64,000 bases of DNA, from contig CANQOO010000002.1 in NCBI GenBank assembly GCA_947625515.1, forward strand, positions 22,238 to 86,237, read 5' to 3'. The stretch comes from an uncultured Clostridia bacterium. GTDB lineage: Bacteria; Bacillota; Clostridia; Christensenellales; UBA1242. The notes beneath the pieces were generated by a model. That model worked only from the letters and a program-made list of their open reading frames with translations, searched no databases and was not told the origin of the DNA. The translations under genes and the position numbers were made by a program. Every line of letters starts with the position of its first letter. The first letter of the stretch is position 1. Shown here piece by piece: positions 36,646-46,551 of the stretch.

Positions 36646-36825
36646 ATGGAAGCGTGGGTGATTAAAAGAAATGATGGAAAGTATTTTGATTCTGTTTATG
36701 GAGTATGGAGTAAATATTGGGGATATTTTTATGCCCTTAAAAAAAATGCACTGCATGACATAAATATTTGCAATTTACAAGGCTGCAAACCAGTCAAAGT
36801 GCGAATTGAGGAGGTGGAAGAATGA
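36646..36825 (+). CDS. 59-aa hypothetical protein (below ORF-track cutoff)
   Basis: AGGAGG RBS. MEAWVIKRNDGKYFDSVYGVWSKYWGYFYALKKNALHDINICNLQGCKPVKVRIEEVEE. ATGA overlap with the next gene. Confidence 0.5.
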   Translation: MEAWVIKRNDGKYFDSVYGVWSKYWGYFYALKKNALHDINICNLQGCKPVKVRIEEVEE

Positions 36826-37292
36826 TGGAAAAGAATTATTTTAATGGCGGTTGTATCGACTGTAAGTTTGCAGAAAGAGATGAGCGTGGAAGATTTGTTT
36901 CGCCATGTAGTGGTTACTCAAATTGTTCATGGGAAAAGTTTGAAGGCAAAGTTGACCCGCTCACCGAGGAAGAAAAATACCAACGCATAGCAGAGCTTGA
37001 AGAAGAAAGCTCAAAACTTCAAGAGCAGTTGAAAAATGCGATTGTTCTACCTAAAAATTTTGATATTGGGCAAACAGTGTTTATGATACCTTCTAAAAGT
37101 AATGGATTAATAAATATTACTGCTTATAAAATTCTTTGTTTCTCAAAGAGTGAAATAGGTTTTAGGGCAGATTTGTCTCTTATAAAGAAAGGAAAGGGCC
37201 TGGAGCCATATTTTTCTGCAAGTTTTGAAATGTTTAACAAAATTATTTTTGCCAACGAAGCCAAAGCACAAAAATACTTAATAGGAGTCTAA
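36822..37292 (+). CDS. hypothetical protein with Cys-rich N-terminus (156 aa)
   Basis: CIDCKF...SPCSGYSNC possible metal site, followed by a coiled segment. Confidence 0.6.
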   Translation: MMEKNYFNGGCIDCKFAERDERGRFVSPCSGYSNCSWEKFEGKVDPLTEEEKYQRIAELEEESSKLQEQLKNAIVLPKNFDIGQTVFMIPSKSNGLINITAYKILCFSKSEIGFRADLSLIKKGKGLEPYFSASFEMFNKIIFANEAKAQKYLIGV

Positions 37293-37293
37293 A

Positions 37294-37992
37294 ATGGAAA
37301 ATTTTAATAGATTTAATCTTTCTCGGGATTTAATTCAACTTGACGGTTCACCTGTAAATGAACTTCAAGCTTTAATAAATCAACTTGATAAATGCTTTGC
37401 AAAAGAGAATAACAATTTCGCTGAAATTTGTTTTGTTGTTTTTCGTATAAGAAAATTGTTTGATGATTACAAGCAGGTTTGTGTTTTTAAAAATGATAAA
37501 CTTTTATATAATTTTGATTCGATTATGCAGGGCTTTGGAATTGGCAAAACTGAAAGTAGCCGAATTCTGAGCGTTTTTGAAAAATTTTGTTGCTTATCTT
37601 GTAGTGATTTAAATAATGCAAAATGTAGTATTATTGATGATTTTAAGGGCTTTTCAAAATCGAAACTTTTTGAACTTTTGCAAGTTGATTCTAAGCAAAT
37701 TATTATCGACTTGCAAAATAAAGTTTTGCGTTTTGATTTTTCAGTTAAGCAAATTCGCGAATATGTAAAAAACTATCAGGCACAGCAGCGTGCAAATAAA
37801 CGACTTACTGAGGAAGATACGGTTGATTTGCCAGATGAGATTGATGAGAGTCAAATTCCGATGGCTTATGAGCCGGAAAAAGAATATGAGTTTTCATATT
37901 TTGAAACAAAAACAAAATCGCAACTTCTCAATATGATTTGGGATTTGCAAAAAGCATATCAAAAACTTAAAAGGGAGAAAAGAAAGAAATGA
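37294..37992 (+). CDS. hypothetical protein (232 aa)
   Basis: Tight coupling to neighbours; possible HTH GIGKTESSRILSVFEKF. Confidence 0.6.
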   Translation: MENFNRFNLSRDLIQLDGSPVNELQALINQLDKCFAKENNNFAEICFVVFRIRKLFDDYKQVCVFKNDKLLYNFDSIMQGFGIGKTESSRILSVFEKFCCLSCSDLNNAKCSIIDDFKGFSKSKLFELLQVDSKQIIIDLQNKVLRFDFSVKQIREYVKNYQAQQRANKRLTEEDTVDLPDEIDESQIPMAYEPEKEYEFSYFETKTKSQLLNMIWDLQKAYQKLKREKRKK

Positions 37993-38159
37993 AAGAGAGA
38001 ATTGTTAAAAATGAAAATAAAAAAATAAACGAACTAGAAATCCGAGTTGAATTATTAAAGTCAACATTGAAAGTCTATCAAGCTATAACTGAGTTTTTAC
38101 ATTGCTGTGCACAAAATGGGAAATCCAATTATGATATTGATATTGATATAGATTTTTAA
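37989..38159 (+). CDS. 56-aa hypothetical protein (below ORF-track cutoff)
   Basis: ATGA overlap. MKERIVKNENKKINELEIRVELLKSTLKVYQAITEFLHCCAQNGKSNYDIDIDIDF. Confidence 0.45.
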   Translation: MKERIVKNENKKINELEIRVELLKSTLKVYQAITEFLHCCAQNGKSNYDIDIDIDF

Positions 38160-38171
38160 TTTTATTGCAGT

Positions 38172-38207
38172 AAAAAACTAGGTCGTTTATTGGCCTAGTT
38201 TTTTTAT
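38172..38207. terminator. bidirectional terminator
   Basis: AAAAACTAGG-N11-CCTAGTTTTTTT between convergent genes. Confidence 0.7.
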
Positions 38208-38213
38208 TGTTTT

Positions 38214-38648
38214 TTATCCAAATTTTACACTTTGCCCCAATTTTATTGGAGTTAATTTGTAAAATAATTTATCTTCTTCGATGTTTAGTAGAGAAGTATA
38301 GATTATTAATTTATTTTTATCGTAAGCCTTTACAATAAAACTTTCGTTTTTTGTATATGTTTCATCATTAAAAACGATTCTAAGTGCGGTTTGATATTCA
38401 TGTTCACCTTGTTTATACTCAAAATCGTTTACTGAAATTATTTTGTCTTCTTGACAAGTTATATTTATGATATAGCAAATTGAAGTCTGTGTTTCTGGAT
38501 TTCGATAATAATCGGTCATTGAGATTGTGTAACTTTGTTTTTCTCTTATGTAAAAAACATTTGTGCCTATGACCACTATAATGAAAATTCCTAAAAGAAT
38601 CGATAAAATGATTATTGCGATTTTTTGTTTTTTGATTGTTTTTTCCAT
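38214..38648 (-). CDS. N-terminally anchored membrane protein (144 aa)
   Basis: TM helix IAIIILSILLGIFIIVVIG; opposite strand to the phage-like module. Confidence 0.65.
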   Translation of the reverse strand: MEKTIKKQKIAIIILSILLGIFIIVVIGTNVFYIREKQSYTISMTDYYRNPETQTSICYIINITCQEDKIISVNDFEYKQGEHEYQTALRIVFNDETYTKNESFIVKAYDKNKLIIYTSLLNIEEDKLFYKLTPIKLGQSVKFG

Positions 38649-38683
38649 TTATGTACCTCTATGATATTTTTTTCATTGTTTTT

Positions 38684-39091
38684 TTATTTGTAAATATTAA
38701 TTTCATCTTCAATCAGTGTTAAGTTTTTAAATTTGATTGAAATTTGATTACTTTTTTTCTCGGTTATGACTCTCAATCTAATGTTTTGTGTTTCGTTTGC
38801 TTCGATTGTTGGCTGCAAATAAAAAGTTTCTTCATATTCAAATAAGAATGAAAATTCAGTTATGTCTTGATTGTTAAGTTTAATTTCAAAGTCATTCTTT
38901 TGAATAATTTGTTCTTGGTTTGTTCTGTTGCAAAATTGTATTGTAAAATCCAAGCAAAAATCTTGTGCATTTTTCCTTTCACTAATTGAAAGTCTTTCAA
39001 ATTTTGCTGAAATATTTTCAGTATTGCAACCTACAAGTAAAAATGTTAAAATGCAAATAGGAATTATTATTATTTTGATAAATTTCTTCAT
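38684..39091 (-). CDS. lipoprotein (135 aa)
   Basis: Signal plus lipobox ILTFLLVGC. Confidence 0.65.
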   Translation of the reverse strand: MKKFIKIIIIPICILTFLLVGCNTENISAKFERLSISERKNAQDFCLDFTIQFCNRTNQEQIIQKNDFEIKLNNQDITEFSFLFEYEETFYLQPTIEANETQNIRLRVITEKKSNQISIKFKNLTLIEDEINIYK

Positions 39092-39239
39092 GTTATACCT
39101 CTTTTGCTTTTTTTATTATATCTTTTGGAGGAGTTTTGTCAAGTAAAAAATGATTTTTTTTGTCGAAATTGCTATAAATTTTATTTTTTTTGTTTTGTTT
39201 ACTTTTTGTTATTAATTTTCTTTTTGGAGGTTTGATTTT

Positions 39240-40228
39240 ATGAAAAAGAATAAAAAGATTTATATTAGAGCCTATTCCGCTGAAGAAAAACTTAAAGCGT
39301 TAAACTTATTAAAAAACTGTTCATTCGAGTTTGTTGCTCATAGATATCATTGCACAATACAATCTTTGTATCGCTGGAAGAAATTATATAATGGCTCTTT
39401 GGACAGTTTGCAGCCAAAATATTGTGCACCTTATACTCCTCATCCTAATCGACATTCTGAGGAAGAGATTAAGCATATTAGAGATTTAATAAAAAGAAAT
39501 TCTCATATTGGACTGAATGAATTATATGGCAAGTTGCGTTTGCATTACGGTTATACTAGACATCCATCAAGTTTATATCGTTTTTTAAGAAAACATGGCT
39601 ATTATGAGGCTATTAAAAAACAAAATAAGTATGTGCCACAACATTATGAAACTCCTGCAAGACTGGGCATGAAATGGCAGTTGGATGTTAAGTATGTCCC
39701 GCGAAGTTGTTATGTCGGAGATTTTAAGGATGAAAAAAGATTTTTTCAATACACTGTCATTGATGAGGCAACTCGCGAACGTTTTATTTATCCATATGAA
39801 GAGCAATGTCCACAATCAACAATCGACTTTGTTCGAAGGGCTATTGCATTCTTTCATTATAAGCCTAAGCAAATTCAAACTGATAATGGTGCTGAATTTA
39901 CATATCTTTTACAAACAAAACATGATAAAAACATCTTTTTGATTTGTTTTGTGAAAAGTATAATATTGAGCATAAGCTTATAAAGCCTCGAACTCCTCGA
40001 CATAATGGTAAGGTCGAGCGTTCGCATCGGAATGATAATGAAAGATTTTACAAATGGTTAAAATTTTATTCATATGAAGATTTAAAATTGCAAATGAAGG
40101 CTTATCTTGAAAGGTCAAATAATATTCCAATTTCAGTTTTAAGGACTCGTGATAATAAAACATCCTGGCTTACACCTATGCAAAAGCGTGCAGAATTGCT
40201 GCTTTTAGATTATGGAATAAAAGAATGA
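39240..40228 (+). pseudogene. IS481-like DDE (rve) transposase, split by a frameshift near 39925-39945
   Basis: HTH N-terminus. WQLDVKYV (D), IQTDNGAEF (D) in frame 1. KPRTPRHNGKVERSHR (E) in ORF 39944-40228. Frames switch at GATAAAAACATCTTTTTG. Confidence 0.7.
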
Positions 40229-40255
40229 AAAACGGCCGGATTTGGTCAACAGCGG

Positions 40256-40285
40256 TCGAAATTTCGAACTTCCCCTAGGGGAAGT
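40256..40285. other. two abutting perfect palindromes (TCGAAATTTCGA + ACTTCCCCTAGGGGAAGT)
   Basis: 12-bp and 18-bp palindromes just after the transposase stop. Could be a terminator or an IS end. Confidence 0.5.
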
Positions 40286-40420
40286 AGTGTTTTATTGTAA
40301 AAAAATAAATTTTTTTAAAAAATCTGTTAAATTTGCTTGACATATAAATTTATTAGAATTATACTTTAAACAAGATTTATTTTTTTACTATATTTTTAAA
40401 AAACAAATAGAAATTCTTCA

Positions 40421-40447
40421 TTATATAAATTTAAGTTTATAAATGAT
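40421..40447 (+). repeat. 27-bp direct repeat, putative attR
   Basis: Identical to 26544-26570. Confidence 0.9.
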
Positions 40448-40599
40448 GAAATTGTAAATAAATAGTGCATTTTTAAATATTTGCAAACATTTTAAACATT
40501 TAATTATTTTTGGATAAATTGTTAGATTCACTAAGCATTAATTCAGTAGAAAAAATTTTTATTAGACCTGAAAAATAAAGGATGTTAATAAAATTTGAA

Positions 40600-40632
40600 T
40601 AAAAAAAGCGTGTCAAATTGATACGCTTTCAT
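40600..40632 (-). terminator. groESL terminator
   Basis: Minus strand AAAGCGTATCAATTTGACACGCTTTTTTT. Confidence 0.65.
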
Positions 40633-40717
40633 TTTTCTTGAAGTTTTAAATTTTACGCATTTTTTATTTTTTTTCACATTTTTCCTGCTTTTTTGCGTGT
40701 TTTTGAGAATTTAATTT

Positions 40718-42340
<1,623 letters not shown>

Positions 42341-42628
42341 TTATTTTTCCAGCACCGCCAAAATGTCGGTCTGTTTGATGACAATATATTTTTTCCCGTC
42401 CAGCGAAAATTCCGTGCCGCTGTATTTTGCGTAAAGCACCTCGTCGCCCACCTTCACTTGCATTTTCACATCTTCGCCGTCAATGTTCCCGCCCGGGCCA
42501 ACGGCAACGACAGTTGCAAGTTGCGATTTTTCTTGCGAGGCAGTCGGCAAAATTATTCCGCTTTTTGTTTCTTTTTCCGCCTCTTTTGGCAAAAGCACCA
42601 CGCGGTCAAAAATAGGTCTAATTTTCAT
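42341..42628 (-). CDS. groES: co-chaperonin GroES
   Basis: Start moved to MKIRPIFDRVVL (AAGGAG RBS); 95 aa. Confidence 0.95.
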   Translation of the reverse strand: MKIRPIFDRVVLLPKEAEKETKSGIILPTASQEKSQLATVVAVGPGGNIDGEDVKMQVKVGDEVLYAKYSGTEFSLDGKKYIVIKQTDILAVLEK

Positions 42629-42962
42629 ATAAAAACTCCTTTTTTGCATTTTTTGGCTCTTTTTTGCGTTTTTTTTGAATTTCAATTCTCATTTTCCATC
42701 GGCTCAAATTCAGTCAAAATTTTGTTCACAAAAATTGAAATCGTATTGATTCGTTCGCAGAACATAATTCACTATATTGTTCCTCAGGAAATTTCCACTT
42801 TCTTGAAAACTTCTGCTCACTGAATTGCAGAAATTTTCAAAATTTTTGTTCTGAGTCCGAAATGAATTTCATTCATCAAAACCGCAAAAAGTTTCAAAAC
42901 GCATTTCCACCCTTTCATTTTAGTCTTTTATGAAAAAAAAGTAAAGTTTTTGTGCCAGCAAA

Positions 42963-43020
42963 CAAAAAATCGGCAAAAGAATTTTGTCGATTTTCGTGCA
43001 ATTGATGATTTAAAATTTTT
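42963..43020. repeat. ~58-bp terminator-containing intergenic module, copy 1
   Basis: AAAAAATCGGCAAAAGAATTTTGTCGATTTTCGTGCAATTGATGATTTAAAATTTTT, similar to 44119-44177. Confidence 0.7.
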
Positions 43021-43034
43021 GGACACCAACTTAA

Positions 43035-43775
43035 TCACACATTCCCAATATCTTTGTGTGCGTCTTTAAACTCTTTGGAAAAATCATAGTCGGTGTTTTT
43101 AAAAGCCTTCTTGTTAAATGCTTCTGCTTCCGTTTGAAGTTGCGTTTTAAAACTTGCAAAGCCGTTTGCGTCGCCCTTCAAAACATATGTGCCATCATTT
43201 GCGGCGTATTTGCAACTTGTCACCTGCTCTGCACCATAGAAATTGGAATGATATGTTCGCACCTCATGGTGTTGAAAATCATAATTTATGTCGATTGTAT
43301 AATATTGCATACCTTGTATACTTTCAGAAGCTGAGCCTTCTGCAGTCATATAATATGTAATAGTAAGATTGTCGCCATCAACCTCAAATTGCATTTTAAG
43401 GTTCAGTCTATTTGACAAAAATTGGTCCACATGGAAAGTTATCACCTTGCTGGTTAAAGAATATGAGTCATTTTCCAGAATGCCCTTTGTCAGTGCAACC
43501 AATCTGCGGAAAACTGCAACTTGCTGTTTTGCCTCTTCCCCATCTTTCTTTTCCCAGTCTGCGTCCGTGAATGCCGCAGCCGAAGCGGAAGAATCATCAA
43601 AGTTCATCACTTTATATGTCGCATCAACGGCTTCAATATATTCCGCCCTTGTTCTTGCAAAGCCATCGCTCCACCAATCAAATTTCTCGCCAAAATAAAG
43701 CACTCCAAATGCCACGCACCCAATTGTGACAATCGTCACATAGACGGACAAGAGCACAACCCAAATTTTTTTCAT
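43035..43775 (-). CDS. membrane-anchored or lipoprotein-like surface protein (246 aa)
   Basis: AAGGAG RBS. N-terminus VVLLSVYVTIVTIGC. No family recognised. Confidence 0.7.
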   Translation of the reverse strand: MKKIWVVLLSVYVTIVTIGCVAFGVLYFGEKFDWWSDGFARTRAEYIEAVDATYKVMNFDDSSASAAAFTDADWEKKDGEEAKQQVAVFRRLVALTKGILENDSYSLTSKVITFHVDQFLSNRLNLKMQFEVDGDNLTITYYMTAEGSASESIQGMQYYTIDINYDFQHHEVRTYHSNFYGAEQVTSCKYAANDGTYVLKGDANGFASFKTQLQTEAEAFNKKAFKNTDYDFSKEFKDAHKDIGNV

Positions 43776-43950
43776 ACTTTTTCTCCTTTCTAATTCAAAA
43801 TTTTTCGGATTTATAAATCCATTCAGTCTTTTTCGAATTTAATTTTCGAGTTTTAAGTGTTTCAAATTTAATTTTAAAATTTTAATCTTTCCCAACTTAA
43901 TTTTCGAATTAACTTCTTCAATTTCATTTCTGAATTTTAAATCCACCCAA

Positions 43951-43982
43951 ATCATAGCACGGCTGGGGGGGGGATTTGTCAA
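43951..43982 (-). promoter_or_regulatory. promoter cassette TTGACA-aat-C9-agccg-TGcTATGAT (20-nt spacer)
   Basis: Minus-strand -35 at 43977-43982, C9 tract 43965-43973, extended -10 at 43951-43959. Same cassette as 48800-48830. Confidence 0.6.
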
Positions 43983-44118
43983 CTTTTTTTTGCAAATTTT
44001 TCAAAAATTTTTGATTTTTTTGCTTTTCATACTAATTTTCAACTTTTGTTCGCCTAATTTTTCGTTGTTTCTTAACATAATTTTCAAAATCCGCATTCTC
44101 CGGCGTTTTTGTCCCACA

Positions 44119-44177
44119 AAAAAAATCGGCAAAAAATTTGTCGATTTTCGTACATATTAATGATTTAAAAATTTTTA
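44119..44177. repeat. ~58-bp terminator-containing intergenic module, copy 2
   Basis: AAAAAAAATCGGCAAAAAATTTGTCGATTTTCGTACATATTAATGATTTAAAAATTTTT. Confidence 0.7.
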
Positions 44178-44209
44178 AATGTCAATTTTGTGGTCACTTT
44201 CTTATAATT

Positions 44210-44758
44210 TCATTTAACGAATTTCAAAAGTTCAGGAAATTTTGTGTAGCCTGCCGCTGTATTGAAATGTCCAGCATCTTCAACAACAACCTCTTTTGCT
44301 TTGATTTGTTTTGCAAATTCTTGTAATTTTTCATGTTTGACAAATGGGTCGTTTTTGGAATAATAACAAACTCTCTCTTTGCAAAGTTTGTCAAATTCGT
44401 CATAACGATTTGTGAACATGGTGCAGTTTACGTCATCATATTCTTCTGAAAGACCAAGATAATGATTAAATCCAGAAACAAAAACTGCTTTCCCAATTTT
44501 TATGCTGTTTCGCACGCAATACTTCACAAGAAAAATACATGAAATGGAATGGCAGAAAAACACGCTGTCTTTGGTGATGAACCTTTTGACGGAGTTAAGC
44601 ACCATCTCCCAATTATGATATGTCTGTGCATTTTCGCCAATGGGAAAATCAAGATTTATGCACTTAAAGCCACTCTTTTCAATTTCTTTTTCCAGCCAAG
44701 GGAACCAGTTTTCTTGCGAACTGCCAAAACTGCCATGTATTATGAAATAATTTTTCAT
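44210..44758 (-). CDS. alpha/beta serine hydrolase (YdeN/RBBP9-like)
   Basis: Start moved to MKNYFIIHGSFGS (GGAGG RBS). Nucleophile elbow CHSISC. C-terminal GHFN. Confidence 0.6.
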   Translation of the reverse strand: MKNYFIIHGSFGSSQENWFPWLEKEIEKSGFKCINLDFPIGENAQTYHNWEMVLNSVKRFITKDSVFFCHSISCIFLVKYCVRNSIKIGKAVFVSGFNHYLGLSEEYDDVNCTMFTNRYDEFDKLCKERVCYYSKNDPFVKHEKLQEFAKQIKAKEVVVEDAGHFNTAAGYTKFPELLKFVK

Positions 44759-44995
44759 AAATTCCTCCATTCGTTTTATTAATTGTATCAAAAAGAGGGG
44801 GAAAAACAAAATAAAACGCAAAAATAATTGTTTTTGCGTTTTTTTTGTTAAAAATGTTCAATTTATTATTTTTCTGCAAACACCCACAGCATTTTGGTGC
44901 TAAAATTTTTCTGCAAGGACTTGCAACATTACTAAATTTTTCTGCAAGGACAACAACATTCACCCGCAGCAATTCACCGCATAAAGCACAAATTT

Positions 44996-46357
44996 TCACA
45001 TGTCAATTCTGATGAAGGTCATCAGAAGGTCGGACCGAGAGCCGCCGTGCAATGTGCCAGTGTAGGAAATTTTGATGGTGTCCAGTTGGTCGAGGTTGAG
45101 AAACATTCCGTGGAAGAAATTGTCATACATCCCTTGCGGCACGGTGATTTTGCTGTCCTCCTCCTCTTGGTCGTTGATGTAGAGGCTGATTACAACGGAG
45201 GCATCCGTGGTGTGCATGGCGTCGATGTAGCCCTCCATAATCACATAATAAAGCCCTTCTTCGTTGACGGTGATGTCATAGTCGCCCACAGTGAGGGCAT
45301 TGGAGTCGGCAGGAATGACAATTCCGTCTGCAAGACCGGTGTAAAATCCGCCCAAAATGCTGCCCGCGTGGACGTTTTCAATCAGGCTGATGGGATTGAC
45401 GCCCGGTGGGCCAGGTATGCCCTCTGGAATGCCAAACGAGAGGACATGATTGTCGCCCACTTTTGTGTCGCTGACCGTCGCTTTGCTGCCGGCGGGAAGA
45501 GTGCTTGTTTGGCCAATCGAAATGGTGTCCGCCACACCCGGCGGGCCTTCCGGTCCTTGTGGCCCCATTGGACCTTGCTCGCCAGTTGCTCCGCCTCCTG
45601 GACCGCGTGGCCCCTGCTCCCCAACTGCACCGGTTGCACCTGTCGGACCGGTGGCACCTGTGGCTCCCGTTGCACCCGTAGCCCCTGTGGCACCAGTTGG
45701 ACCGGTCACTCCGCCTGCTGGACCTTGTGGGCCTGTCGCACCCGTGGCACCCATTGGCCCTGTCACGCCCATAGGTCCGGTTGCTCCTGTTGGACCGGTG
45801 GCACCCGTCGGACCTTGAGGACCCGTTGCACCAGTTGGACCAGTCGGACCAATCTGCCCCTCGCTCGGCACTACTCCCCCGCCGGGGAAAAGTCCTCCGC
45901 CCGGAGTAAACCCGCCTGGTGTAAGTCCGCCCGGCAAAGTCCCGCCGCCCGGAACAAACTGTCCACCGCCATTCATTCCGCCGCTTTGCCCACCACTCAT
46001 TCCACTCTGCCCACCATTTTGTTTGATGGCAATGCTTGCAGCCACAATCGAGCCATCAACAAATGTGGCATCCTCCGGAAAATTGTTCAGGCAAGGATTG
46101 CAAATCTTCCCACCCTTGGGCAAACAAACGGTCTGCCCGCAGCAAGGTTCCAGTCGCTGCCCTTCGCACTCTCTCTTCCCAAAAAGCGGCTGCCGCCCCA
46201 CATTTTGACACCCTTTCCCCTGCCCGCAGTTCTGGAAACTGTTGACCTGCCCGCCGCTGTTCTGGCAATTACTAGGCTGCCCGCTGCTTTTCTGACATTT
46301 TTTAGGTTGCCCACCGCACTTTTGGCAATTTTTCCCGCTGAAAAAACAATTTTTCAT
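44996..46357 (-). CDS. collagen-like triple-helix repeat protein with Cys-rich N-terminus and globular C-terminus
   Basis: 453 aa. N-terminal [23 protein letters not shown] repeats, ~45 GXT/GXY triplets ([16 protein letters not shown]...), C-terminal ~150-aa beta-rich domain. Locally GC-rich. Confidence 0.85.
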   Translation of the reverse strand: MKNCFFSGKNCQKCGGQPKKCQKSSGQPSNCQNSGGQVNSFQNCGQGKGCQNVGRQPLFGKRECEGQRLEPCCGQTVCLPKGGKICNPCLNNFPEDATFVDGSIVAASIAIKQNGGQSGMSGGQSGGMNGGGQFVPGGGTLPGGLTPGGFTPGGGLFPGGGVVPSEGQIGPTGPTGATGPQGPTGATGPTGATGPMGVTGPMGATGATGPQGPAGGVTGPTGATGATGATGATGATGPTGATGAVGEQGPRGPGGGATGEQGPMGPQGPEGPPGVADTISIGQTSTLPAGSKATVSDTKVGDNHVLSFGIPEGIPGPPGVNPISLIENVHAGSILGGFYTGLADGIVIPADSNALTVGDYDITVNEEGLYYVIMEGYIDAMHTTDASVVISLYINDQEEEDSKITVPQGMYDNFFHGMFLNLDQLDTIKISYTGTLHGGSRSDLLMTFIRIDM

Positions 46358-46551
46358 ATGTATTGCTCCTGAAAAAATCTCTCATGAGAAAAATATGCCA
46401 AAAATCAAGTTATTGACAATGCAAAAATCAATTCGCCCCCAACATTCAAGCACAAAAGGATTTTTTCTTGTCATGCAAAAATCCTTTTTAAATTTGTCTG
46501 TTTCTGATATAATATTGCAAAAAGTTAAACGTGAGTCAAAAGGAGAAAAAT

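Larger units (their letters stand above)
26544..40447 (+). mobile_element. inovirus-like (Zot + HUH Rep) integrated element, 13.9 kb, including an IS481-like remnant
   Basis: Perfect 27-bp flanking repeats. Interrupts a housekeeping intergenic region. Tightly packed same-strand small genes with overlapping stops and starts. Carries a Zot-type ATPase, an RCR Rep and a run of membrane proteins. Confidence 0.75.

Noticed and set aside
39925-39945. Programmed -1 ribosomal frameshift in the transposase (slip on A AAA A after GAT AAA)
   Set aside because: A slip would avoid the TAA and restore the frame. However, the junction lies between the second D and the E of the catalytic triad, not between an HTH OrfA and a catalytic OrfB. 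IS481-type enzymes are normally single-frame. A mutation or homopolymer sequencing error is more likely.
42629-43034. CIRCE operator (TTAGCACTC-N9-GAGTGCTAA) upstream of groES, and a T-box upstream of cysS (2756-3065)
   Set aside because: Neither consensus could be found by eye on either strand. I report this as absence of evidence only.
45047-46372. 441-aa + strand ORF and other long ORFs overlapping the collagen-like gene
   Set aside because: This is an artefact of GC-rich GXY-encoding repeats, which keep several frames open. Only the minus frame has an RBS, a collagen triplet pattern and a folded C-terminal domain.
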